Virus record (IMG/VR): IMGVR_UViG_3300034280_000211
Location: 1-59,649 of that record
Source of the DNA: a virus
Taxonomy: Duplodnaviria; Caudoviricetes
Length of the DNA: 59,649 nucleotides
Reading direction: 5' to 3' (one strand)
Under the pieces are notes generated by a model. The model saw nothing but the letters and a program-made list of their open reading frames with translations. It was not told the origin of the DNA and made no database searches. A program made the position numbers and the translations under genes. Shown here one piece after another: positions 25,775-35,365 of the stretch. The stretch's first letter is position 1; each line of letters opens with the position of its first letter.

Positions 25775-26599
25775 ATGAGCCTGCTGAACCTCGTTGACCT
25801 GTACTGCAATCACGTTGGGGCCTCGCTGGGCTACCGATGGCAACTGATCGTTTTGGTCAGGCGTCTGGCAGAGTGGACGGTCACCGATTTGACCGTGCCC
25901 CAGATTGACGCATACCTCACCACCGCACTCGCCAAACTCTCGCCGTCCACTGTCCAGAACCATCGGAGAATGTTGGGGACACTCCGCCGATTCGCCCTCC
26001 GGGAGGGCCTTGCGGTGGATCAATGTACACGCACGCTGCGGCGAGTCAAGACGATCTGCCCGAACCCGATTGCGTGGACCCAGGCGGAAATTTCTCACTT
26101 GGTGGAGGTCGCCCGCGAGATGCCTGGACGCACGGCCTACTGCAACCTGTGCGAGGTGCTGCCGGCTTACGTGATCGTGGCCTACACCACTGGGCTTCGT
26201 GCCGGTGACATGCTGTCTATTCGCCATGACCAGATCCGTGGTGATCGCCTGTCCCTGGTGATCCACAAAACCAATCAGCCGCATGTTGCCGTGCTGACTG
26301 ATCAGTGCCTCGCTGCAATCCGTGAATTGCCCCGGCGAGGTGGGCGTATATTTGGCGACCTCATCCCTTGCCGTCAACTCTCACGGCATTTTCGCCGCCT
26401 AGTCCTGCGGGCTGGGATGGCAGGAAGTAGCAAGTTTCTGCGGAGATCCAGCGCAACTTTCGCTGAATTAAACGGGATAGACGCCACTGGACACCTGGGT
26501 CACAGGACGGCCCAGATGAAGAGGCACTACGTCGATATGGCGATCATGTCGCAAAATCGACGGGCCGTGCCCCCGCTAGAACTGGTTCACCACTCCTAG
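25775..26599 (+). CDS. int: Tyrosine recombinase / integrase
   Basis: TGLR.GD (R), HKT (K), LRRS (R), LGH and HY catalytic set; no arm-binding domain. Confidence 0.88.
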   Translation: MSLLNLVDLYCNHVGASLGYRWQLIVLVRRLAEWTVTDLTVPQIDAYLTTALAKLSPSTVQNHRRMLGTLRRFALREGLAVDQCTRTLRRVKTICPNPIAWTQAEISHLVEVAREMPGRTAYCNLCEVLPAYVIVAYTTGLRAGDMLSIRHDQIRGDRLSLVIHKTNQPHVAVLTDQCLAAIRELPRRGGRIFGDLIPCRQLSRHFRRLVLRAGMAGSSKFLRRSSATFAELNGIDATGHLGHRTAQMKRHYVDMAIMSQNRRAVPPLELVHHS

Positions 26600-29500
26600 C
26601 ATCTGGAGCGGATCCAGGTTGGCCTTCTTCTTCTCGCGAGCCCGCTTGGCGGCTTCGCTCTGGATGACCTTGTACAGCAAGTACATCTGCTGCTGTTCCC
26701 GGGGCATCGCACGGAGAACGTCTTCTGGCACGGTCACGTTTTCGTAGGTCCGCACGCCGGGGGTGGTTTGCAGCATCTCGTTGAGCATCTGCCGGGCTGC
26801 GAGTTGCTTGCTCCGCTCTTGGTCGATGTCCGTCAGCTTGGTCCCGGCCAGGAGATTCCAGGCTGCCTTCATGTAGCGGTCGGATGGGTCTAGCCGCTGG
26901 TCGGTCAACTGGCGGTACAGGCCAATGCCGCGTGACCCGAACGGCAGGAAGTTGACAGCCAACTGTTCCAGCGGCCTGCCCACCTCGCCCAGGTCTCGCT
27001 CTAGCACAGAGTAGAGGTCTGTCAGATCGCGGCCGGTGTATAGCTGCCGGTTCGTCACGTACTCCAGCGGGGCTTTGATGAGCGGATTCGTCATTCCCAA
27101 AACGTTGCTGCCGGTCTTCTTAATGGTGTCGGCCAAGGCGGAGGATGCCGTTGCCCCAACGCCGGGAGTGAAAAGCTGGAACGTGCTTTCCCACGGGAGA
27201 TCGACGTTGGTGAGGTAACGACGCAGCCCCTCCTTGCCAGAGCCACCCAGGATGAACGGGAGGTTTTCTGGAAGCGGGATCGCTGCGGATTGCCGCATGT
27301 ACTCCGGGAGGAAGCTGTCTTCCGTGGGCTGCGTGCCCCGCGTAACGGCCCGCACCGACTGGCCCATCAATCCCCCTGGGCGATACAGGAGGTTGTTGGC
27401 GATGCTGGGGATGATGCCTTTCTGGAAGCTATAGAAGGGCATCGCCCGCTTCAGGACGTTTCTCTCAAAGTCGGTAAAGGCAGAGGGCGAGTAGTCCACC
27501 TGACTCAGGCGAACCAGATCCGCTGCCTCCCCCGGGTCAACTCCCTTACGCAACTGGTTCAGGAACGTGCCGCCACGAAGCGCATCTTCGACTCGCGAGC
27601 CAAGGGCATCGTTCGCCACAAGCAGCGGGTTGGTGTTCCGTGGGTTTGGATTCTGTGTAATTCCAACTCCACGCATGCTGAAGAAGTCGTTGAGGAAGTC
27701 GCCCCACGATCTTCCCTGCCGGTAGAACGCATCGGCTACAGATGGCTCGTTGCCAGCGCCAAGCCATGTCCCTCGGATCTCTTGCTCCGGGAGGTTAGTG
27801 ACATCATCGAAGATCGTTCCGCCGCCAATGCGATTTGCCCCGGTGAGATCCTGGAAGCGATCAATGCGTTGCTGCGGCGTCAGGTCCTGGAAGCCGGGGG
27901 CGTTTCGCAGGCGCCTCTCCAGGGCGTTGTAGTTCCCGCCTGATGCACGAAATGCCGCCCACCAGTCCAGCGGATTGAAGGCCCCGAAAGTCGCCGCATT
28001 CAACGCGCCGGAATAGGTGTTGCGAACATGGAACGCCGGGGCTGCGAGGGCACCGACCTTAAACGCATTCGTGAACTGGTCGATAGTCCCAACGATCCCG
28101 CGCTCCACATCGCCCAATCGGGTTGGCTGCGAGAGAGTTTTGAGGGACGCAACCAAGTTTTCCGGGACGGCAAGGTTTGTCGAATCCTGGCGGAATCGGC
28201 TTTGCCACATTCGGCGAAAGTTCTGCGCGTCATACCCAAGTCGGGATGCGGCGTCTGAAAGCTGGACCATTCCGTCCGCGAGGCCATTGGGGCCGATGGG
28301 CTGGATGGAGGCCTCTAGGCGGGCCGTCACACGATCCGTGTTCGCCAAGGCACGGTTCTGTCCACGCTCATAGCGGCGGAGGTTCGTCCATCCAGGGGTG
28401 TCGAAGATGCCGGTGTTGTTCTGTGCGAACTGGAGGTCTGCGCCGCGCAGGAGATTAATCAAATCATCCTGCCGGGTGTTCATGCGTTCCCGCACGGGAG
28501 CGAGCATTGCAGCGCGCTCCTGCGACGACGCTGCCTGGAACTCCGGTGAGCGGATGACCTGCCGATACTCCTCCTGGAACGGCCGTTGCACGCCGATGGT
28601 GTCGAAGGCGCGGTTCATTATTCCACGCGCCGGATCAGCGTCAGCGTTGATCAACGCCTGCTGAAGTGCGGCAGAGTCCAAGTTGGCATTGGTGTTGCCG
28701 GTCAGCATTCGGAACGTACGCTGCCCGCCAGCGATGTCCGTGTAATCCTTTCGACCACGCCCAAAATTGTCAGTTGTGTTGAGGACGGTTTCTCCCTGCG
28801 TCCACGGGCGCTCAACGCGGCCCACCGCATTCGGGCGGTCGGGATTCAGGATGCGCTGCCACCACTTAGTTTGGCGTGGGAAGAACTCTGTTCCGTACTG
28901 GCTCTGCCACGATTGCGTGGGCAACCCAGCGGCTTCCGCGAGCCCGCGTGCCCGCCGTGTCGAAGATTGATACAGGTCGCGAATCTCGCGGAACTCAGGG
29001 ACGTTCTCCAAAACCCAGTCTGAAACACTGTCGCCGCTAGTTTTGAGTACGGGGCCGTATACACCAGGCGCCGTGGGAACAGACGAGGACTCCGCAAAAT
29101 CAACCAACGCCCGCTGGAGGTCTGTGCTGTTGAAAGATCGGAGGCGATCTGGGATGGGGACGTTAGCGCCATTGATGTTGGCCACATCCGGTACGTCCGC
29201 ACTCATTGCCTCTCGCAACTGCCGTGAGCGGAGAAGCTCCTGGGCCTCGTCGGCGCGATCTGACGCTGCCCTAGCGAGACGGGAATCCCACTGAACATCG
29301 TAATCCAGGCTTTTTACGGGGGCTTTGAATCCAGCGTACAAAGCCCTAACCGCAGGGCCGGTGTATGGGTTGGTCTTGGATGCCTCTCCGAGATAGTCCA
29401 ACCCCTGCGCTACCCGGTCACCAAACGCGCCGCCCAGCAAGTCGGTGCTGAGGCCGATGTTGGTTCCCGGAATGCGGACATCCATCAACCGTGCGGCTGG

Positions 29501-30193
29501 CGCATCTAGGTTGTTGGGATCAACCCCGAACCGCTCCGCCTGCTGCCGCCACCGGGCCATGGCATCGACTGGGTCCGGAGATTCAGCGATAGCCTGACGC
29601 GGCGTTAAGCCACGGAGATACTCGCGTACGCCCGTGCCGGCTTCGCGAGCCTGGGCACCGCGCGCCACTGCCGCAGCAGGATCCAGCCCCTCGTAGGCTG
29701 CCTCTGCCGCGTTGCGGAGTCTCCCGGCCCCTTGCAGCGCCTTTCCGGTGGGCGTCAGAGCCCCGCGCCCAAGGATCGCCAATGGGTTCGCGTAGGTCAG
29801 GGGGTCCAAAAGGATCTCGCCCGCCAGCCCGAGCCCGAAGTTGCTCCACGTATCTTCGTCGCCAACCATGCCGTACTGACGAAGAAGCTCTCGGCCGGTC
29901 ACGCGCTCGTCGGAGGTTCCGAAGACACTAAGCGGCTTCCCAGCAAGAACGCCACGCACAAGCGCCCCGGGGCTATCCAACAAATAGCCAACAGCCGACA
30001 GGCCGCTAGAGCCCATCTCCGCAAGCGAGCGGAGCATGCCACGCCTCCCCTGCTCTGGCATGAGGTCGGAGATTGTGGCCCGGCCAGGAGTCAGCATCCC
30101 CGTGTCGGGGTCATAATCCGGCGTCAGCCGGGCTTGTTCGCCAATGATCCCGTACGGATCGTAGATGTCGAACAGTGGGGAGCGAATGGCCAT
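26576..30193 (-). CDS. Large internal virion / DNA ejection protein
   Basis: 1205 aa, last gene of the tail arm; DPLTY, FH.RN and VDY...T.FER...PFY motifs. Confidence 0.7.
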   Translation of the reverse strand: MAIRSPLFDIYDPYGIIGEQARLTPDYDPDTGMLTPGRATISDLMPEQGRRGMLRSLAEMGSSGLSAVGYLLDSPGALVRGVLAGKPLSVFGTSDERVTGRELLRQYGMVGDEDTWSNFGLGLAGEILLDPLTYANPLAILGRGALTPTGKALQGAGRLRNAAEAAYEGLDPAAAVARGAQAREAGTGVREYLRGLTPRQAIAESPDPVDAMARWRQQAERFGVDPNNLDAPAARLMDVRIPGTNIGLSTDLLGGAFGDRVAQGLDYLGEASKTNPYTGPAVRALYAGFKAPVKSLDYDVQWDSRLARAASDRADEAQELLRSRQLREAMSADVPDVANINGANVPIPDRLRSFNSTDLQRALVDFAESSSVPTAPGVYGPVLKTSGDSVSDWVLENVPEFREIRDLYQSSTRRARGLAEAAGLPTQSWQSQYGTEFFPRQTKWWQRILNPDRPNAVGRVERPWTQGETVLNTTDNFGRGRKDYTDIAGGQRTFRMLTGNTNANLDSAALQQALINADADPARGIMNRAFDTIGVQRPFQEEYRQVIRSPEFQAASSQERAAMLAPVRERMNTRQDDLINLLRGADLQFAQNNTGIFDTPGWTNLRRYERGQNRALANTDRVTARLEASIQPIGPNGLADGMVQLSDAASRLGYDAQNFRRMWQSRFRQDSTNLAVPENLVASLKTLSQPTRLGDVERGIVGTIDQFTNAFKVGALAAPAFHVRNTYSGALNAATFGAFNPLDWWAAFRASGGNYNALERRLRNAPGFQDLTPQQRIDRFQDLTGANRIGGGTIFDDVTNLPEQEIRGTWLGAGNEPSVADAFYRQGRSWGDFLNDFFSMRGVGITQNPNPRNTNPLLVANDALGSRVEDALRGGTFLNQLRKGVDPGEAADLVRLSQVDYSPSAFTDFERNVLKRAMPFYSFQKGIIPSIANNLLYRPGGLMGQSVRAVTRGTQPTEDSFLPEYMRQSAAIPLPENLPFILGGSGKEGLRRYLTNVDLPWESTFQLFTPGVGATASSALADTIKKTGSNVLGMTNPLIKAPLEYVTNRQLYTGRDLTDLYSVLERDLGEVGRPLEQLAVNFLPFGSRGIGLYRQLTDQRLDPSDRYMKAAWNLLAGTKLTDIDQERSKQLAARQMLNEMLQTTPGVRTYENVTVPEDVLRAMPREQQQMYLLYKVIQSEAAKRAREKKKANLDPLQMLGVVNQF

Positions 30194-32145
30194 TACTGCG
30201 GTGCGGTGGCGTAGTCAGGGTGTGCGACACGCCAAGCAGACAGGAGTGATCCACGCCCCTGCTGGCCAGGGATGTCGCTGTTTATGCCGTACTCCTGAAC
30301 TATCGACCGGCGCGTTTCGGGGTCTGTGATTCCAAGGCTCACCAACATGGCGTCCAGTCTTGCGGCGTCCTCGGTGAAGAAGCCATTCCAAGTCTGATCG
30401 GCCTTGGCTGCCATATTGCGGAACGCGGCCTGCGCGGACGGGTGCTGGAGGTTGCCTCGCAAAATCTGCACGGCTCCAGGCCCGTACATTGAAGATGCCT
30501 CCTGCTCCTTGCGAGCTTGTTCCGCCAGCCCCTGCGCCTTCGCTGCGGCAGCCATTGCGGCGTCCTGCCTTTCGCGGGCGAGGCCAAGTTCAGCGCGGGA
30601 CACATCGCCTTGGTTCTGAATCTGCGCCAGTTGCGCTGCAAGTGCCGTGCCTTGCTGATCGCCCCGGCGCCGGCCTTCTTCCTGCTGAAGGTCAAACTGC
30701 TTGGAACGCTCCTGCCACTCCAACTCGCGAGCGGCACGCTCTTCGGCAAATCGACGCTCATCTGCCTCGCGTGCGGCCTGCCGTTCCTCGCGAGTCAGTG
30801 TGCGATCCTTCTCACGCTCTTCCCGAGCTTCGGCGCGAGCGGCATCTGCCTCTTTGAATCTCGCATCGTTCTCAACGCGAAGCAGATCCAGGCGGCGATC
30901 CCACTCATCTCCACGCGGGCCAGTGCGCTCGCCGTATCGCATACGGTTTTGGATTACGTCCTGCTGCTGCTCTGGCGTCAGGCGGTCGAAGGCAACAGTC
31001 GCTGCGCGTGTCCCCATGGGGCCGCTAGTGGGACGGCCTCCAGCCAGCATGGTCTGGGACTTCCACGCATTGCGGCGAGCGATAGCGTCATCGTCCGTCG
31101 CGCCCTGCGCAGCAAGGCGGAGTTCTTCGATGGACATCTCCTGAGCCTTGTCAGAAGTAATGCCTGCACGGCGGGCAAGGCGGCGCTTGTCCACGTTTTC
31201 AATCTGTGCGGCCTGCCGTTCGCCGGGGCGATAGACGTTCTGCTGGCCGAGCGGCGATGCTACCGTTTCTGTAGTCCAGCCGGCGTCCGTCAGGTCTCGG
31301 CGTTCCCCGGATCGCCCCGCCGCCCCGGGGAAGCGGTTGGGGTTTTCGCCGGTAATCGAACCCGGGGGATACCCAACTGAGTATCCGACAGAGCCATCGG
31401 GATTCAGGACGGGGACCATTCCGCGTGCAGCCATTGCCCTGTCTTTGGGCGATGGCTTGTATTCGTTGCGACGGCCGTCCCACTCGCGAGTCGTGTAGTC
31501 CTCAATGGCTTCGGGGTCGTTAATCATTCCCGGCTCTGGGACGGGGCCACCAAACGGCATGCGTGGTGCCGGGACGCGCTGGTATCCAGGGCCAGCCTCG
31601 GACTCACCGGGCCGCATGTTGGCGGTGGATCCGCCGGCAGCGGCGGGCTCCTGGAGTCCCGTGGCCCGGTCGTATGACGCCTTCCTGCGGTCAACGCCTG
31701 CCGCCCACTGGTCGGATGCTGCCAGCCTCTGTTCGCGATTCATGCCGGTTTCAGCTTCGGCCATGCCGGCAGAGAATGCGTTGTAGTCTCCCGGTGCTGC
31801 CTGCGGCTCCATGGCGTCGTAGAAGATGCCCGGATCTCCGGAAAGGCTCTGATGCTGTGCGGCCCTCGCAGCCGCTGCCTGCATGGCTCGCTGCGGTTCA
31901 ATTCCGCTGGCAGACAGTTCAGCGGCGTAGGCGCGAACGGCCGTCGCAACGTCGCCGCCAGAGTCCTCCAACACTGCGGCAAATGCATCCGTCCCAACGC
32001 GCCTGCGGAGCGGCGGGTCTGGGGTGATTGGCGAGGATGCCGCTTCTACTGGGTCTAGGTCTGACGGAGCCAGCGGTGGGGCCATACCCCAGGCGCGGAC
32101 ATTAGGGAACCCGAGAGGCCCATAGGGGAGAGTTTTCCTGGCCAT
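30193..32145 (-). CDS. Putative ejection protein, coiled-coil
   Basis: 650 aa with a charged helical segment; position in the tail arm. Confidence 0.6.
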   Translation of the reverse strand: MARKTLPYGPLGFPNVRAWGMAPPLAPSDLDPVEAASSPITPDPPLRRRVGTDAFAAVLEDSGGDVATAVRAYAAELSASGIEPQRAMQAAAARAAQHQSLSGDPGIFYDAMEPQAAPGDYNAFSAGMAEAETGMNREQRLAASDQWAAGVDRRKASYDRATGLQEPAAAGGSTANMRPGESEAGPGYQRVPAPRMPFGGPVPEPGMINDPEAIEDYTTREWDGRRNEYKPSPKDRAMAARGMVPVLNPDGSVGYSVGYPPGSITGENPNRFPGAAGRSGERRDLTDAGWTTETVASPLGQQNVYRPGERQAAQIENVDKRRLARRAGITSDKAQEMSIEELRLAAQGATDDDAIARRNAWKSQTMLAGGRPTSGPMGTRAATVAFDRLTPEQQQDVIQNRMRYGERTGPRGDEWDRRLDLLRVENDARFKEADAARAEAREEREKDRTLTREERQAAREADERRFAEERAARELEWQERSKQFDLQQEEGRRRGDQQGTALAAQLAQIQNQGDVSRAELGLARERQDAAMAAAAKAQGLAEQARKEQEASSMYGPGAVQILRGNLQHPSAQAAFRNMAAKADQTWNGFFTEDAARLDAMLVSLGITDPETRRSIVQEYGINSDIPGQQGRGSLLSAWRVAHPDYATAPQ

Positions 32146-33134
32146 TAGCGCCTCTGGTAATTGAGTGGGGAGGCCGACCGGCGAGCTTCGTTTGCGAGAC
32201 GATGGAGATGTTCGATCTCTTGCATCATCTTGCGGTCGGTTGACGGGTCCAGCCCTTGGCGGCGATAGGAGTTGAGTCTGTCAATCTGCTGCTTCGCCTC
32301 GCTGGAATACATGATCGCTGCCTGCTCCGCTGTCATTGGCGGCTTCTTGGGGGCAGGCAATTCCATAGCGACGGCAGGCGTCGAAGCCGGGATCGGCCGG
32401 GACTCAGCTACCAGATCGGCCGTGTCCATCGGGGAGAAGTCCGTCAGGCCCATCTCCGCATCAGACAGAGTGACAGGAGCAATCCGCTCTTGCGGACTTG
32501 GCATGTCATCGACCGGCAGCATGTCTACGTCAGGAGCAACGAAGTCCATGAGGGGATCGCTCTCCGGCATCTCAGGAGCGGGAGCATTGGCTACGCTAGG
32601 CCCATCGCCAGGAAGCCGGCCCGTAGTCTCGGCAATCATTCCGCCCAGGCCAGCAGCACCGAGAATCGCAGCGGCCGTCGCCATACGCTCTGCTTGCGTG
32701 GCGGCAGCGGCGCGGTCGATGCCCTCTTGTGCGGCAGTCAGAATGTCATCGCGGCGGATGCGGTTGAGGTCGGTGTTCTGGTTGCGGAGGTTCAACGTCC
32801 GGCCGGAGGCCAGTTGGTTGAACGACGAATTCGACTTGTCGTAGTCCAGGCCACGGGTGTAGCCGGGGAACGATGTCGGCTCCATGGCCGGGATGTCCTG
32901 GGTGGACAGGCCACGCAACGACATGCCGATATCGGGATCCCGGGAGACGGGCGGATCAAAGCCACGCAACGCCTGAACGACGCCCATGCTCTCAGGGTCA
33001 AACGACACGGAACGAAGAGCGGATTCCACAGCATCGGCAGAATCCATCCGGCCGGCGGCACGAAGGGCAGCGGCAGCGTCCTGCATCTGGAGCATTTCCA
33101 CAACAGTGCGCGGAGCGCGAAACGGCATAGCCAT
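32145..33134 (-). CDS. Putative internal virion protein with one hydrophobic segment
   Basis: TAATG coupled. Confidence 0.6.
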   Translation of the reverse strand: MAMPFRAPRTVVEMLQMQDAAAALRAAGRMDSADAVESALRSVSFDPESMGVVQALRGFDPPVSRDPDIGMSLRGLSTQDIPAMEPTSFPGYTRGLDYDKSNSSFNQLASGRTLNLRNQNTDLNRIRRDDILTAAQEGIDRAAAATQAERMATAAAILGAAGLGGMIAETTGRLPGDGPSVANAPAPEMPESDPLMDFVAPDVDMLPVDDMPSPQERIAPVTLSDAEMGLTDFSPMDTADLVAESRPIPASTPAVAMELPAPKKPPMTAEQAAIMYSSEAKQQIDRLNSYRRQGLDPSTDRKMMQEIEHLHRLANEARRSASPLNYQRR

Positions 33135-33394
33135 TATTTCTTTCCCTTCTTGGGCAGATCGGCCAACTCGCCGTCGCTGCGAAGATCGTCGTCTTCAACC
33201 ATGGGCGTATTCGGCTTGCCGTGCATCTCTTCGTCCAGGTCGGCAAGATCGTTCTTGGGCGGAGCCTTGGACTTCTTATCCAGCGAGGAGAGGATTTCCT
33301 TCTCCTCGGAGTCAGAGGCGATAAGCAGCTTTTTCACCATGCGCCGCAGGGCAGCGTTGGTGAGGTCGTCTAGGTCGAAGTCAATCTTGGTCAC
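33134..33394 (-). CDS. Hypothetical protein
   Basis: Coupled ORF. Confidence 0.6.
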   Translation of the reverse strand: MTKIDFDLDDLTNAALRRMVKKLLIASDSEEKEILSSLDKKSKAPPKNDLADLDEEMHGKPNTPMVEDDDLRSDGELADLPKKGKK

Positions 33395-33804
33395 GAGAGT
33401 AGCCCGCCAAGGAGTGAGGAAAATAGGTTCATGCCGGCCTGCTGTCTTTGGAGTGAGGCCAACTGTTGTGCGTATGCGTTCTGCTGATTGAGAGCACCAA
33501 GCGCCTGAGCGTTCTGTTCTTGCGAAACCTGGGATTGCAGCGAGAACTGCGAGTCTGCTTGGCGGTTGCGCAAGTCTTGTTCGTAAGCCTGGGCCATCCG
33601 CTCCGACATCCGCTGGGCTGAAGCAATGCCGGCTTGGTTGACGGCCGCACGCCCGCGCGACATGCCGGGGCGGTCGTAGGTCTTCATGTTCATACGCGGG
33701 TCGCCGGCCGCGATGGCGTTCGCCACGTTGTTGTTCATCTGCGCACGGGTCGCGGAAGCCGGCACGCCGAGCGGGAGAGGCTTGGTGATGTTGACCTTAT
33801 TCAT
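33391..33804 (-). CDS. Gln-rich putative ejection protein
   Basis: Ends LLGGLLS, similar to the adjacent gene. Confidence 0.6.
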   Translation of the reverse strand: MNKVNITKPLPLGVPASATRAQMNNNVANAIAAGDPRMNMKTYDRPGMSRGRAAVNQAGIASAQRMSERMAQAYEQDLRNRQADSQFSLQSQVSQEQNAQALGALNQQNAYAQQLASLQRQQAGMNLFSSLLGGLLS

Positions 33805-34126
33805 TGAACAAGCCCCCCAATAAACCGCCGAACATGCCAGTCAACGCACTGAAGCGGCGAGTCCCCAGATCCGTGGCGTTTTGCTGCGCCTGCGACATCT
33901 GTTGAAGTCCTTGCAAGACGAGTTGGTTTTCGGCGGTGCGCTTGGCGAGATCGTGGTTGGCATTGATGGTCCCCTGCGCGACTGCATAGTCGGCGTCCGA
34001 CTTGCCCATCAGGCCATCCAAGACATCCTGATGGTTGGCGCCATACGCCTTGTAGGGGCTCTGCGAGCTAGGTCGCGGAGCCGATCCAGGGGCGTCGGGC
34101 TTAAAGGATGTGCGGTAAGTGAGCAT
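33797..34126 (-). CDS. Putative ejection protein
   Basis: Ends GGLLGGLF. Confidence 0.6.
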   Translation of the reverse strand: MLTYRTSFKPDAPGSAPRPSSQSPYKAYGANHQDVLDGLMGKSDADYAVAQGTINANHDLAKRTAENQLVLQGLQQMSQAQQNATDLGTRRFSALTGMFGGLLGGLFNE

Positions 34127-35340
34127 TAGCGGTCAAGCACAGGGTAGTAATTGGCAAGCCCGTAACGGTCCCCGACAAGCTGCTCGCGTTTTGGCACGCC
34201 ACCGTACGTGCGAGCAAAGTTCTTCAGGCGCTCTGCGGCTTCGTCCTTGCGACGGTCTTCGCCGCGTTCAAACTGCGACTTAAACACGCCTGTCTTCCCG
34301 AGCGAGGAGTCGAACAGATCGCGCAAGGCCCCGCCTCCGCCCTGCATAGCCGTACTGTACAGGTTGGAAAGCTGCGACGAGACGTTGTTGAAACCGCTGG
34401 CCAAGCTGCCCGGTAGGCCAGAGTAATCAGCGCGGTTGGCGGGATTGTTTTGGGTGTCATAGTACTGGTTCATTCCGCCACGGCTCTCGCCGTATCCACG
34501 GTCGCTGAGTTGCATCAGTCCACTCAGCGTCTGACCAAGCATCTGTGACGGCATGTTGCGGGATGTGTAGTGCTGAAGGTCCAGGCGGTTGTAGCCGTCC
34601 TGGAGGTTGTTGTTCATGCCGCCAGTGATGTCGCCTGCCATGAGGTTGCCCTGCAACGAACCAAGGCCGGCGTAAGCCGGATCGGCATAGCGGCTAAAGT
34701 CGTTGTTGCCGAACTGCGCTCCGCCACCCCAGCTTCCGCCCCCGCCGCCGCCGTAGCCACCGGATGCGATCTGGCCATCGGGACCGGATGCAGAGAAGGT
34801 GTTGTTGCCACCCCCGCCGTCGCTGCCGCCAAAATTAAAGTTCAGGCCCTGGAGAGCCCCGGCGGCGGCGAGCTTGCCGCCCAGGCCAGAGTACGCGGAC
34901 CCGAGTTGCCCGAGCGCGTTGTTTCGACTGGCGCCGTAGCCCGCGAGCCCCTGCTGATTGGCAACGCCCAACTTCGACATGGCGTCGTTGTAGGCCGCTT
35001 GGTTCTGGGCCCAGGCACCCATTGCCGAATTAGCCGCACCGCCATACGCGGACAGGCCGGCAGTCGCGATGTTGCCCAGCGCTCCCTGGCGAGCCGCCTC
35101 GGCCATGGCATTAGCGCCATAGAAGTTAGACCGCTCGTTCGCCATGGCGGTCCCAATGTTGCCGAGACCGCCAGCCAGCGAGCCGTACGCGGACGCCAAG
35201 CCCTGGCCGCTGTTGGAATAGATTTGGCCGTAGGCATCTGCGAACTTGCCGAGCGCCCCCATGGTGGCAGCGATGGAAGCGCCTGCCGCGTCACTGCCGC
35301 CGGGCGCGTATTGATCTAATCCAAACGGAAGTGTGGCCAT
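34126..35340 (-). CDS. Gly/Ala-rich putative DNA pilot/ejection protein
   Basis: Composition and position; AGGAG SD. Confidence 0.65.
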   Translation of the reverse strand: MATLPFGLDQYAPGGSDAAGASIAATMGALGKFADAYGQIYSNSGQGLASAYGSLAGGLGNIGTAMANERSNFYGANAMAEAARQGALGNIATAGLSAYGGAANSAMGAWAQNQAAYNDAMSKLGVANQQGLAGYGASRNNALGQLGSAYSGLGGKLAAAGALQGLNFNFGGSDGGGGNNTFSASGPDGQIASGGYGGGGGGSWGGGAQFGNNDFSRYADPAYAGLGSLQGNLMAGDITGGMNNNLQDGYNRLDLQHYTSRNMPSQMLGQTLSGLMQLSDRGYGESRGGMNQYYDTQNNPANRADYSGLPGSLASGFNNVSSQLSNLYSTAMQGGGGALRDLFDSSLGKTGVFKSQFERGEDRRKDEAAERLKNFARTYGGVPKREQLVGDRYGLANYYPVLDR

Positions 35341-35365
35341 GAGTATCTCCTACCTACAAATGTCC

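Noticed and set aside
25775-26377. 289-aa antisense ORF as a full-length gene
   Set aside because: Most of it is the shadow of the integrase; only the hydrophobic tail looks coding
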